DNA from: Octopus sinensis
Taxonomy: Eukaryota
Direction: 5' to 3'
DNA: 64,000 nt
Assembly (NCBI RefSeq): GCF_006345805.1
Contig: NC_043000.1
Span: 28,582,001 to 28,646,000, forward strand
A program made the position numbers and the translations under genes. Shown here one piece after another: positions 63,918-64,000 of the stretch (the first letter of the stretch is position 1; every line of letters begins with the position of its first letter). The notes beneath the pieces are model-generated. The model was given only the letters and a program-made list of their open reading frames with translations. It had not been told where the DNA came from and made no database searches.

Positions 63918-64000
63918 TAGTGGTACCCTCAAATCAAGTCCAGGCTCGAATGCTCGAAACAGATTTGCCTCCACTAAAGACACTGAAGGTGCTCGGTGAT

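Overview
Repeat-saturated eukaryotic (animal) genomic DNA. The SINE families, the Dong/R4 and Penelope content and the extreme microsatellite load resemble an octopus (cephalopod) genome; this is inferred from recalled repeat patterns, not from a database search. No host protein-coding gene, tRNA, rRNA or CRISPR array can be supported, and nearly all listed ORFs are microsatellite artefacts or antisense readings of retroelement debris. The window contains: (i) four tRNA-derived SINE families (here A-D) in more than 40 copies, with module shuffling and internal tandem repeats; (ii) decayed LINE fragments (RTE, Dong/R4, HERO-like, Tx1/L1-like); (iii) DNA transposon remnants (two maT/DD37D-type, a mariner derivative, MITE/fold-backs, a non-autonomous Helitron) and a probable solo LTR; (iv) a ~500-bp non-coding element found three times, always inside (TAA)n; (v) several Penelope-like short elements carrying minimal type I hammerhead ribozyme motifs. 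The most striking structure is at 46053-47013: a head-to-tail array of a ~355-360-bp unit with one hammerhead-like motif per full unit, capped by a ~125-bp fold-back and embedded in (TA)n (retrozyme/Penelope pLTR-like). A second notable observation is that one tail of SINE family A matches the 3' end of the Tx1-like LINE in the same window. Repeat boundaries are by eye and approximate (about +/-10-20 bp) unless a motif is quoted.
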